The translations under genes and the position numbers were made by a program. From Bdellovibrionota bacterium (GTDB lineage Bacteria > Bdellovibrionota_C > UBA2361 > CALJRW01), in NCBI GenBank assembly GCA_041740355.1, contig JBGSMD010000030.1:96001-160000 (forward strand): a stretch of DNA of 64,000 bases, in the 5' to 3' direction. The notes below the pieces were generated by a model. The model saw only the letters and a program-made list of their open reading frames with translations, was not told the DNA's origin and did not search any database. Of this stretch, positions 10,562-19,111 are shown piece by piece. Positions within the stretch are counted from its first letter, which is position 1, and each line of letters starts with the position of its first letter.

Positions 10562-11188
10562 TTAATGTAATTCTCTCATTATTCCGATTACTCTTCCCTG
10601 AACTGTTACGCTATCTAAGGTAATTGGTTGTAGAGTAGGGTTAGCAGGTATTAGCATAACTTGCCCGCTCTTTAATCGACGATATTTTTTTAAAGTTGCT
10701 GTGCCATCATCTAAAAGTGCCACAACAATTTGTCCATTCTCTGCCGTATCTTGCTTACGAATTACAACAATGTCGCCGTCACAAATGTGCTCATCAATCA
10801 TTGACTCTCCGCTAACTTCCAAGCAATAAATTTCACCTTTGCCATTAATCATGCTTGGTGGAATATCAATCATTGTTTGTTGCTCGATGGCTTCAATCGG
10901 ACGACCGGCAGCAATTACTCCGGCAAGTGGAACTGCTGTTGGACTCATCTCTGGGGAATCACAATCAATTAACTCAATTGCTCCATCATCGCCTCTTTGG
11001 ATAAAGCCTTTGCTTTCTAGTCTTTCTAAGTGAAAGTGAGCAGTAGAAGGGGATTTTACTCCAATTGATGTGCAGATATCTTTAAGGGTTGGCGCAAAGC
11101 CATGCTCTGCCATGAAATTTCTTAAGAATTCCAATGTTTTACGTTGTACAGGGGCGAGACTACTAGTTTTATGGGAGTTAGTGCTCAT
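10562..11188 (-). CDS. lexA: SOS repressor LexA
   Basis: wHTH (PTLKDI..SPSTAHFHLERL), AAG cleavage site, GESM serine and TLKK lysine. Confidence 0.96.
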   Translation of the reverse strand: MSTNSHKTSSLAPVQRKTLEFLRNFMAEHGFAPTLKDICTSIGVKSPSTAHFHLERLESKGFIQRGDDGAIELIDCDSPEMSPTAVPLAGVIAAGRPIEAIEQQTMIDIPPSMINGKGEIYCLEVSGESMIDEHICDGDIVVIRKQDTAENGQIVVALLDDGTATLKKYRRLKSGQVMLIPANPTLQPITLDSVTVQGRVIGIMRELH

Positions 11189-11204
11189 AATATTTGAATA
11201 TCTT

Positions 11205-11252
11205 AAAATCCGTTAGGATTTTGTTATATCCAAAAATACTAGAAACCGTCAA
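11205..11252 (-). promoter_or_regulatory. Putative sigma70 promoter of lexA-recA (TTGACG-N18-TATAAC) with a downstream palindrome AAAATCC-N4-GGATTTT (candidate LexA operator)
   Basis: -35 at 11247-11252, -10 at 11223-11228 on the minus strand; palindrome 11205-11222 over the expected start site. Confidence 0.5.
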
Positions 11253-11348
11253 GAGGTTATTTTAAATATTTACTCCTCAAGTATTTCCTTCTACTAATTA
11301 GGCAAGTAATTTCATGACCTTAGCTATTTCATTAGATTATTGTATTGA

Positions 11349-11726
11349 TTATTCCTCTCGCCAAATCATTTGAAAAAAATCTGGGTCAACAGATTTTGCT
11401 GGGGAAGAGACCGGCAAAATCTCGGGAAACTGGCTAAGAATCGCCGCGACACCTAATTGAATAGCGCATGGTCTCCCCCCCAAGTAAGGCAAATTATCCT
11501 TGGTTGTAAGAAATGTTTCATAATTAAATGTTTTAGCTTGGTAACTATCTAAATCAACTTGACCATTTACTAAAGTAACATCATGAATTGTTCGGCAGTG
11601 ACCATCGGTAACATTTATAACTAGTGTATGTCCTGGAGTCGCAGTAGATCTAAAAAGCGAAGTTTTTTTGCCTTCAATTGTTGCCTCATGAATGCGGCCG
11701 TCAGAATCTGGTGCTTTAAAAATCAT
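11349..11726 (-). CDS. Hypothetical protein
   Basis: 125-aa ORF filling an intergenic gap; no recognised motif. Confidence 0.55.
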   Translation of the reverse strand: MIFKAPDSDGRIHEATIEGKKTSLFRSTATPGHTLVINVTDGHCRTIHDVTLVNGQVDLDSYQAKTFNYETFLTTKDNLPYLGGRPCAIQLGVAAILSQFPEILPVSSPAKSVDPDFFQMIWREE

Positions 11727-11830
11727 AATATTTACTACTTATTAATAAGATTTATAACATGATATCAAAATTCAGATGCTAAGCAATTTTAAAAAAACAA
11801 AGCAGCTAAGTCTGGTTAAACTTCTTACCT

Positions 11831-12604
11831 TTGGCTATATTGCAAATGGTGTTAAAACTTAAAATTACTAAAATTTGTGTAAATAAGGCTTTTTTGCTCA
11901 ACCTTCAAAAGACAGTACTCTTAATTCTAATTGTCCTTAGCCTATCTTCCTGCTCAATGTTTTACACAACTGAGCGAAATTACATTTATCAAGTAAAGCT
12001 AGGAGATACACTCGCTAGTATCGCCGCAAATTTTCAGATGGATTTCCGAGAATTAGCCCGCTATAACAGGATTACGAACGCTAATCAGATTATTGTTGGC
12101 CAGGTTTTAGAAATACCACTAAGTGCCCAAGTTAATGTAACTAGAAGGTCTGCTAATCCAATTGAGTTTGCCAAACCGGCCAAGTTTTTTAGAAAAAAAG
12201 GTAAATCTAACCACAATCTTCTAGCTTGGCCAATCAGAACTAATAAAGCTCGTCTAAGCTCAGACTATGGCTGGCGTTGGGCGAAATTTCATGAAGGCTT
12301 AGACATTGCTGCAGCTACTGGCACACCAATCTATGCTGCGCATTCTGGTCGCGTAATGATGAGTGGATATCAAATAAGTGGTTATGGTAAAATGTTAATT
12401 ATTCAAAAAGATAATATGCTAACCGTTTATGCCCATAACAGCGTTAACTATGTTGATGTTGGTCAGAATGTTAGTGCTGGACAACACATTGGCGATGTTG
12501 GTGCGACAGGGAAAGCCACAGGGCCGCACTTACACTTCGAAGTACGTTTCCGTAATTCCGATCGTAAATTTGTATCAGTTGATCCTGGAGAGTATCTGCC
12601 TTAG
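11831..12604 (+). CDS. LysM + M23 peptidase lipoprotein (NlpD/MepM-like); true start may be downstream
   Basis: Lipobox LSSC, LysM (YQVKLGDTLASIA), HEGLD, YAH and TGPHLHFEV motifs. Confidence 0.9.
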   Translation: MAILQMVLKLKITKICVNKAFLLNLQKTVLLILIVLSLSSCSMFYTTERNYIYQVKLGDTLASIAANFQMDFRELARYNRITNANQIIVGQVLEIPLSAQVNVTRRSANPIEFAKPAKFFRKKGKSNHNLLAWPIRTNKARLSSDYGWRWAKFHEGLDIAAATGTPIYAAHSGRVMMSGYQISGYGKMLIIQKDNMLTVYAHNSVNYVDVGQNVSAGQHIGDVGATGKATGPHLHFEVRFRNSDRKFVSVDPGEYLP

Positions 12605-12622
12605 AATAAAGGAATTAATTAA

Positions 12623-12696
12623 GTCCTCGTAGCTCAGCTGGATAGAGCACTAGTTTCCTAAACTGGGGGTCGGATGTTCGAATCATCTCGGGGACA
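12623..12696 (+). tRNA. tRNA-Arg(CCT), CCA not encoded
   Basis: Acceptor GTCCTCG/CGGGGAC, D arm AGCTCAGCTGGATAGAGC, anticodon loop TT-CCT-AA, T loop GTTCGAATC. Confidence 0.96.
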
Positions 12697-12893
12697 CTTT
12701 GACTTAAAGCGGAGATACTGTTTGGAAAAGTTCACTTGTCGCGCCGAAGCGACTTCAGATAGCTTGTAAAAATTTAAAGCTAGTTAGCAAAGATCGAGGT
12801 TTACAAGTCAACGTTTAATCGAAAAACTTAAACTTTATAATTAATAACTGACTTACTAAACATACCAAGTGAAAGTTAGATTTATTACCTAAT

Positions 12894-13925
12894 ATGCAAT
12901 ATTTAAAACTAAAATATTTATTGAGTTCCTTTTTCATATTTTTATCTTTAATAAATGATTCGTTTGCTGAGACCTTTCCAGAAATGAAGCTAATACCTGC
13001 TGGAGAATTCCAAATTGGTTCGCAGTCTGATGGTTCAATGCCAAATGAAAAACCTGTGTATCCAGTAAAGATAGCTAGTTTTTTGATGGACGAAACTCCG
13101 GTAACAAATCTATAATTTGAAAAATTTGTCCAAGCTACAAAGTTTCTTACGACTGCCCAACAGCCTTTAGATTGGGAAGAGCTAAAAAAACAAGTTCATC
13201 CAGAGACACCTAAACCTCCTGAGGATATTCTTAAACCAGGGTCATTAGTATTTGTTCCGCCTGACCATGCTGTTGATGTGGGTCACTTAGAGAATTGGTG
13301 CTTCTTGGAAAAATCCGCAAGGACCAAATAGTAATGTCAACGACAAACAAGATTATCCAGTTACTCAGGTTGGGATGATGCCAAAGTATATTGCGCTTGG
13401 GCTAAAAAACGCTTACCGACTGAAGTGGAGTGGGAATATGCGGCACGCGGTGGAAAATCGAGTGCTCGTTATTTGTGGGGTAATGAGTTTAAACCTAATG
13501 GAAAATGGATGGCAAATACATTCACCGGAACTTTTCCATTTAACAATACAATAGAAGATGGCTTTGAAAAAACTTCACCAGTAAAAGCTTTTCCTGCAAA
13601 CAATTATGGACTTTACGATATGGCTGGAAATGTCTGGCAGTGGACGGCAGATCTTTACAGTGTAAATTCCCACGTTGAGGCAGCCAGCGAAATTAAAAGC
13701 AAACAGTTGTCTTGTCATAGTAATCCACAAGGCCCTAAAGAAACATTCAATCCTATCCGCGCAGTTCCAAATTCCCCAGAGCGAGTAATCAAAGGGGGAT
13801 CTTTTTTATGTCATGTAAGTTACTGCGAAAGTTATCGGCCTTCTGCGCGTCGCGGCACACCACCTGATACAAGTTCAGAGCATGTGGGATTCAGATGTGC
13901 CAAAGATAGCAAATCAGAAATCTAA
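12894..13925 (+). pseudogene. Formylglycine-generating enzyme (SUMF1/FGE) pseudogene
   Basis: FGE motifs (MDETPVTN, RLPTEVEWEYAARGG, NNYGLYDMAGNVWQW, KGGSFLCHVSYC, GFRC) broken by an in-frame TAA at 13113-13115 and frameshifts near 13297 and 13371. Confidence 0.9.
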
Positions 13926-13981
13926 ATTTGTTTCTCTAGTATCTTTGATAAAAATTCTTGATTAGGGCATTTTTTAAAAAT

Positions 13982-14128
13982 AGTAATAACAAAAAATAAT
14001 TTACTGCCTGCCTAGCCGAAGCTTCAGCGAAGGCTGGTTAGTAAATTGCATAGCTAAAAACAACATTAATAGTGAGTTCAAGCAAAATCGTTAATCATTT
14101 AAAGTAATTTATTTATTGGACTCACTAT
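13982..14128 (+). repeat. About 147-bp composite repeat, copy A (inverted relative to 17830-18052)
   Basis: Near-identical to the reverse complement of 17830-18052 apart from a 77-nt insert there; contains a REP-like unit and a TAGTGAGT..ACTCACTA element. Confidence 0.9.
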
Positions 14129-14311
14129 ATCTTACTATCTCCTAAAAATATGCAATTTATCCTAAGTAAAAATCTGCTTGTTAATTGCAAATTTTTGAAG
14201 TAATTCAAAGTATAATGTAATTGTCTTTTGCCATTAAAGATCAAGCAAAAGTCTTATTCACAAACAATTTGATCTAAACGGATCTCAAATTTAAAAATAA
14301 GAGGAAACAAA

Positions 14312-15715
14312 ATGAATTTCAAAGACACTAAATTCCATTTCTTCCGAGAAGTTATCGCAGCTTCAATTTACGGAATATTGGCTTTAACATCAATTTCTAA
14401 TTTAGTTATCGCCGAAGAAGACACTTCTGCTGTGCAGTCTGATCAAGTGCAAATGGAAACAAGCCAAACTCAAGGCATTCTTCCTCTTCCAGATTATACA
14501 GGAGACATATGGAAAAGAAGTTTTCTAACTGGTGATTGGGGTGGAACTCGCACTGCTTGGGCGGAAAATGGAATCCAAATGGATTTGAATTATACTCAGA
14601 CTTTACAATCGGTGGAAGATGGAGGGCGTAATGAAAACTCAGCTTATAACGGTACGCTCGACTACAATGCAATTTTCGATTTACAAAAAATGGGAGTTTT
14701 GCCTGGAGCAATTGTTAAAGTTCGTGCTGAAACAAATTATGGTGAATCTGCAAATCGTAATTCAGGTGCGATCCTTCCAGTTAACACTGATGGGTTTTTT
14801 CCACTGACTGAACCACTTGATCAAGATATTCCGATAACTCTCACCAATTTAACATATATCCAGTTTTTATCAGAACAGTTTGCTCTAATGCTTGGTAAGT
14901 TTGACACACTCGATGCCGATACTAATGAGTTTGCTGGAGGACGAGGCACAAGTCAGTTCCAAAATTCAAACTTCGTTTTTAACTCTGCGGTCGCGCTTAC
15001 ATCTCCATATAGTACTTTAGGAACAGGGGCAATCTGGATGCCCTCTAAGAACATAACGGTCAGTAGTACAGTTTATAATACTAACGATTCTTCACGATCT
15101 ACGGGCTTCGATGATGTTGGTGATGGAGGATCTTGGGCAACTGAACTTCAAGCTAAGTATCGCTTGAAAAATTTACCGGGGGGGCAGAACGTCGGCTACA
15201 TTTATTCATTTAACAATGAGTTTTTTGAGCTTAATGGAAGATTCTCATTCCAACCAGGACAAGGTATTGTTGCTCCAAGAACTGATAAAACTTGGTCTGC
15301 GTACTGGAGTGGTTGGCAGTATCTTTATGTAGAAAATCCAAATGATGCACCAATTGATACAACTAATGGAAAAGTTGATCAGCAGGGCTTTGGATTATTC
15401 TCACGTTTTGGATTTGCGGATGATGATGTTAATCCAGTTGATTGGTCTTTAAGTGGTGGTCTAGGAGGAAAAGGTATCATCCCTAGTCGCGATGATGATA
15501 TGTTAGGGCTTGGGTACTTCTATACAAGCATCCAGAATGATAGATTTAGCGGAATTGATCTGGTCGCAGATTATGTAGATGGCTTAGAAGCTTTTTATAG
15601 CTTTGCTATTACGCCAGCTGTTAATCTGACTTTTAATGTGCAGAGTATTAAATCTGTCCAAAATAATCTAGATGAAGCAACAATACTCGGGTTGCGCTTA
15701 GGAATGCGTTTCTAA
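14312..15715 (+). CDS. Carbohydrate-selective porin, OprB family
   Basis: LTGDWGGTRT..AENGI, GKFDTLD, FGLFSRFGFAD and EAFY motifs; C-terminal LGLRLGMRF. Confidence 0.85.
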   Translation: MNFKDTKFHFFREVIAASIYGILALTSISNLVIAEEDTSAVQSDQVQMETSQTQGILPLPDYTGDIWKRSFLTGDWGGTRTAWAENGIQMDLNYTQTLQSVEDGGRNENSAYNGTLDYNAIFDLQKMGVLPGAIVKVRAETNYGESANRNSGAILPVNTDGFFPLTEPLDQDIPITLTNLTYIQFLSEQFALMLGKFDTLDADTNEFAGGRGTSQFQNSNFVFNSAVALTSPYSTLGTGAIWMPSKNITVSSTVYNTNDSSRSTGFDDVGDGGSWATELQAKYRLKNLPGGQNVGYIYSFNNEFFELNGRFSFQPGQGIVAPRTDKTWSAYWSGWQYLYVENPNDAPIDTTNGKVDQQGFGLFSRFGFADDDVNPVDWSLSGGLGGKGIIPSRDDDMLGLGYFYTSIQNDRFSGIDLVADYVDGLEAFYSFAITPAVNLTFNVQSIKSVQNNLDEATILGLRLGMRF

Positions 15716-15770
15716 TTTGTAATCCATCGCTCAGTTATTTTGTAGATTATTGATTGCTGATAGTGGTAGA

Positions 15771-15824
15771 TATAGTTATGACAAAAAGTAATTCCCTAAG
15801 GAAATTAATTTTGGAATCTCTATA
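15771..15824. repeat. TATAG...CTATA miniature inverted-repeat element
   Basis: TATAGTTATGACAAAAAGTAATTCC..GGAAATTAATTTTGGAATCTCTATA; arms shared with 26888-26953 and 37044-37098. Confidence 0.7.
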
Positions 15825-15830
15825 TTTACC

Positions 15831-16907
15831 ATGACATTTAGGCACTTCTTTATTTTATTATTAGTTTCTAGCTCATTATTAGCAGAAGAAAAATTCCAAG
15901 TTGGAAATATTTTGCCTTTATCAGGCGCGTACCATGAGTATGCCCATGAATGTCAGGAAGGTTTCAAAATGGCAGAACGGGAATCTTCCGATCTGTTAAA
16001 GCAAAAGATCCAATTTTTAGTAGAAGACGATCAATCGACCCCCAAGGGGGCTGTGAATGCACTTCAAAAATTATTAATTAATAAAAATTTATTAGCAGTT
16101 AGCCTTTTTAGCAGTTCCCCCGTGTTAGCTAATCAATCTAACCTTGTTACAAATCGTTTGCCTATGTTAGGACTTTCAGGACACCCCGATTTTTTGCCAA
16201 ACAATCCTTATGCAGTAAGTAACTGGCAAGAAACGTCGACAGAAGCGAAAGCTTATTTTAATTGGTTAACGGAAAATAATATTAAATCACTGGGAATCGT
16301 CACTTTTGAAAATGATTATCCTTTAGCCGTTAGAAAATACTTAAAGGAGTGGAGTGAGAAATCTGGGATTTCAATTTCCTTTGATGAAGAAGTTGTTGAT
16401 AGTGTCGATTTCAGGGCACTAATAGCAAGAATCAAGAAAAATCCCCCGGAAGTTTTTATGGTTAACTTGCTAGCCGGAACATTTGTTCCCTTTGTTCGTC
16501 AATTAAGAGAACAAGGCTATCAGGGGAAAATTTTATCTCTGAATGCTAATGGACGAAATGAGTATTTAAAGTCAATTGGAATAGAAGCTTCCAATGGTAT
16601 AATTTTTTTCGGACCAAACTATCATCAAGAATATTTTTTAAGTAGGCTTGCTCCAAATGTTTTGGAGGAAATGCCTCTGTCCTATGTTTACACTTGTTAT
16701 CTTGGTATGAAACTAATTACCACTAAGTTGGAAAAACGCTTAGAATCAAACACTCTAAGCAAAGAAAATTTTCTTCAGGATTTAATTTCGGCAGAATCTT
16801 TTATGATCGACGATCAAAAAATAGGCATTAAGAATCGCCGGATAAATTTTGATTTTGCAAAAATGGTGGCGCAAGAGGGGAGAATAGTCCATGATAGTGT
16901 TGATTAA
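15831..16907 (+). CDS. Periplasmic substrate-binding protein, LivJ/branched-chain amino acid type (orphan)
   Basis: Signal peptide; VGNILPLSG, EDDQSTPKGAV and DFRALIARIK motifs. Confidence 0.8.
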   Translation: MTFRHFFILLLVSSSLLAEEKFQVGNILPLSGAYHEYAHECQEGFKMAERESSDLLKQKIQFLVEDDQSTPKGAVNALQKLLINKNLLAVSLFSSSPVLANQSNLVTNRLPMLGLSGHPDFLPNNPYAVSNWQETSTEAKAYFNWLTENNIKSLGIVTFENDYPLAVRKYLKEWSEKSGISISFDEEVVDSVDFRALIARIKKNPPEVFMVNLLAGTFVPFVRQLREQGYQGKILSLNANGRNEYLKSIGIEASNGIIFFGPNYHQEYFLSRLAPNVLEEMPLSYVYTCYLGMKLITTKLEKRLESNTLSKENFLQDLISAESFMIDDQKIGIKNRRINFDFAKMVAQEGRIVHDSVD

Positions 16908-17014
16908 TTTATTAACTTGAGTTCTACATTAGATTCGTAACGAGATATGCAAAGTGATTGAATTTCACAAGCTTAAATTATTAAAACTTTAGACACACTT
17001 TATAAGAATTAAAT

Positions 17015-17554
17015 ATGTTAAAAAAAGGCATTTGTTTTTCATTGTTTCTTCTCGGATTATTTTATTTTAATCCAGTAAGTGCCGATCTTAATAATGGAGA
17101 TTGTTCTCTTGAATGGCCAAAAAATTGGGAAGTAACATCAATGCCTCAATTTAGAGATGATCATGATAACTCCTTTGGTGGAAAACGATTTCGGGCGATG
17201 TTAAAAGACAATGAGGATCTAAAAGTTGCTCTGGAATTTACCTGTATTCCTTTAGCTAATAGAAAACTAAGTTTAGAAGGAGAGTTTGAAGCGGCTTCAA
17301 AAGCAATTGAGGCAGGATATCAAAAGATGGGACTGGAGGCGCAGTTTAGTCCAGCAACAAAAAATCCCCTAAACCAATCATCCACTCTGGAAACAGAAAT
17401 TACTGTCAGTGCTCCAGAAATAACTCTTAAACAAGCCTTGTTAATTGCGATTGATTCTCAATATCTTTATTCGCTTAGCTACACAGGTGTAGAATCTGAA
17501 TTTCAAAATAATCTTAAGGCCTATCAGGAAGCTCGGGCTAGTTTAGCTAAGTAG
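17015..17554 (+). CDS. Secreted hypothetical protein, possibly DcrB/PsbP-like fold
   Basis: Signal peptide; SLEWPKNW start and YLYSLSYTG...FQ end resemble the Mog1/PsbP fold. Confidence 0.55.
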   Translation: MLKKGICFSLFLLGLFYFNPVSADLNNGDCSLEWPKNWEVTSMPQFRDDHDNSFGGKRFRAMLKDNEDLKVALEFTCIPLANRKLSLEGEFEAASKAIEAGYQKMGLEAQFSPATKNPLNQSSTLETEITVSAPEITLKQALLIAIDSQYLYSLSYTGVESEFQNNLKAYQEARASLAK

Positions 17555-17829
17555 TCATATTTTTAATTAACCTTCATTTTAAGATGTGAGTCTTAATTAC
17601 ATAGCCTAAAGCCTTAAAAAATGAGGATATTTTAACTGTCTCGATAATACAGATTTAATCAAATGAGTAGATCGGCAGGCCCTAATTTTTTTCTTGATTA
17701 TTCAATTATTATTTAGTAAATAATTTGCCCAAATATACTTGGTAAAGTTTGTCCATGTTTGAAACAGCCTCTTACGAGGCAGCTTTGCAAAACAAGCAAT
17801 TCTTGTTTTAAGGCTGACTGGCATATTCT

Positions 17830-18052
17830 ATAGTTAGTCCATAAAATAATTACTTTAAAAAACCAAGGATTTTGCTTGGACTCACTATTTATGTTGTTTT
17901 TAGCTATGCAAACTTGAATACTTGTCCGCCATAGCTTTAGCGAAGGTGGGAATCCAAGATTTGCATTAGCCGTAATGACTCTGTTTAATTTACTAACCAG
18001 CCTTCGCTGAAGCTTCGGCTAGGCAGGCAGTAAATTATTTTTTGTCATTACT
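17830..18052 (-). repeat. Composite repeat copy B, with a 77-nt insert (17911-17987) carrying a 30-nt REP-like unit (17921-17950)
   Basis: Manual alignment with 13982-14128. Confidence 0.9.
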
Positions 18053-18079
18053 TTTATATGTTTTAGTGTCCATTTAAAT

Positions 18080-19048
18080 TTGGAGATTCCAATGCACTTG
18101 CGGTCTTATTGTAAGTTATTATTCCTTTCTTTTCTAATCTCCCTAAATTCTTTTGCTCAACCATCAAATCAAGAGATTCGTAGTGAATTCGATCAACGTG
18201 TTAATGCAGGTGTGAATGCGGTTACATTATTTAATTCAGATATGTCTGTATCAGCAGGTAATTATAAATTTGATGATACAGAATCAGATGCTAAATTTGA
18301 TTTATTTAAATTGCCCTATCAACATAAATTTGAGGCCCTTGATAATGGAATGAAGCCTGAGTTAAATTTGCTAGTTGCAAATTCTAAGATTACTAGTTCA
18401 CCAGAAATGCAACCTTCCGCCATTGGGATTAATGATTTCTCCGTAGTTGAAACCAATAGTTTTCAAGCTGGAGTTGGGTTGGCAATTCCAATTTTGGATC
18501 GACTGTCAATTATCCCAAGGGGGTCAGCAACTTATAGTCACTTAAAACGTAGCTATGATTTTAATAATAGCTTTAGCCAGACAAATCTTCAGCCCTACGA
18601 CAGAGATGCCTATAATACGAGTATCGATATCATGACCTACACGCCTAGTTTAGAGCTCCGCTACGAAACTAACGAAGAAAATTCCGGCAACTATGCAGTT
18701 TATACCCGATACAGCCAGTTATATAATCATTCTTTCGCCACGAAAAGTAGATTTGCTGATGTTGACTCTGATTCTGGTTTATTACAAAGTGGTCTGGAGT
18801 ATAATCAAAAATTAGCAAATAAAGTTTTAGATCGAGAAGTTTACTTTAAGCCTTACTTTGTTCAAACTAATTTGTATGGAGAAGCTAGGGAAGCACTAGA
18901 TGTTAGCTATTTTCATGAACTTGGTTTTAGTTTTAATATGATGGAAAAAAATCCTGAATTTATTTTAAGCCAGTATAATATCGGATTGTCTTATACTTAT
19001 GGAGAAGAATTTGATGGTATTAAATTTGAATTAGGATTTAAGCTTTAA
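18080..19048 (+). CDS. Outer-membrane beta-barrel protein (solitary autotransporter beta-barrel-like); ATG at 18092 is the likelier start
   Basis: Signal peptide, amphipathic aromatic-rich strands, C-terminal FELGFKL. Confidence 0.6.
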   Translation: MEIPMHLRSYCKLLFLSFLISLNSFAQPSNQEIRSEFDQRVNAGVNAVTLFNSDMSVSAGNYKFDDTESDAKFDLFKLPYQHKFEALDNGMKPELNLLVANSKITSSPEMQPSAIGINDFSVVETNSFQAGVGLAIPILDRLSIIPRGSATYSHLKRSYDFNNSFSQTNLQPYDRDAYNTSIDIMTYTPSLELRYETNEENSGNYAVYTRYSQLYNHSFATKSRFADVDSDSGLLQSGLEYNQKLANKVLDREVYFKPYFVQTNLYGEAREALDVSYFHELGFSFNMMEKNPEFILSQYNIGLSYTYGEEFDGIKFELGFKL

Positions 19049-19111
19049 ATTTACAATTTTATATTTGATGGCGACTCTTTTGATTAGCCAACTTATTGTT
19101 TTTACTAAATT

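Noticed and set aside
13113-13115. Stop-codon readthrough or alternative genetic code in the FGE gene
   Set aside because: Two further frameshifting deletions are present, and TAA terminates many normal genes here
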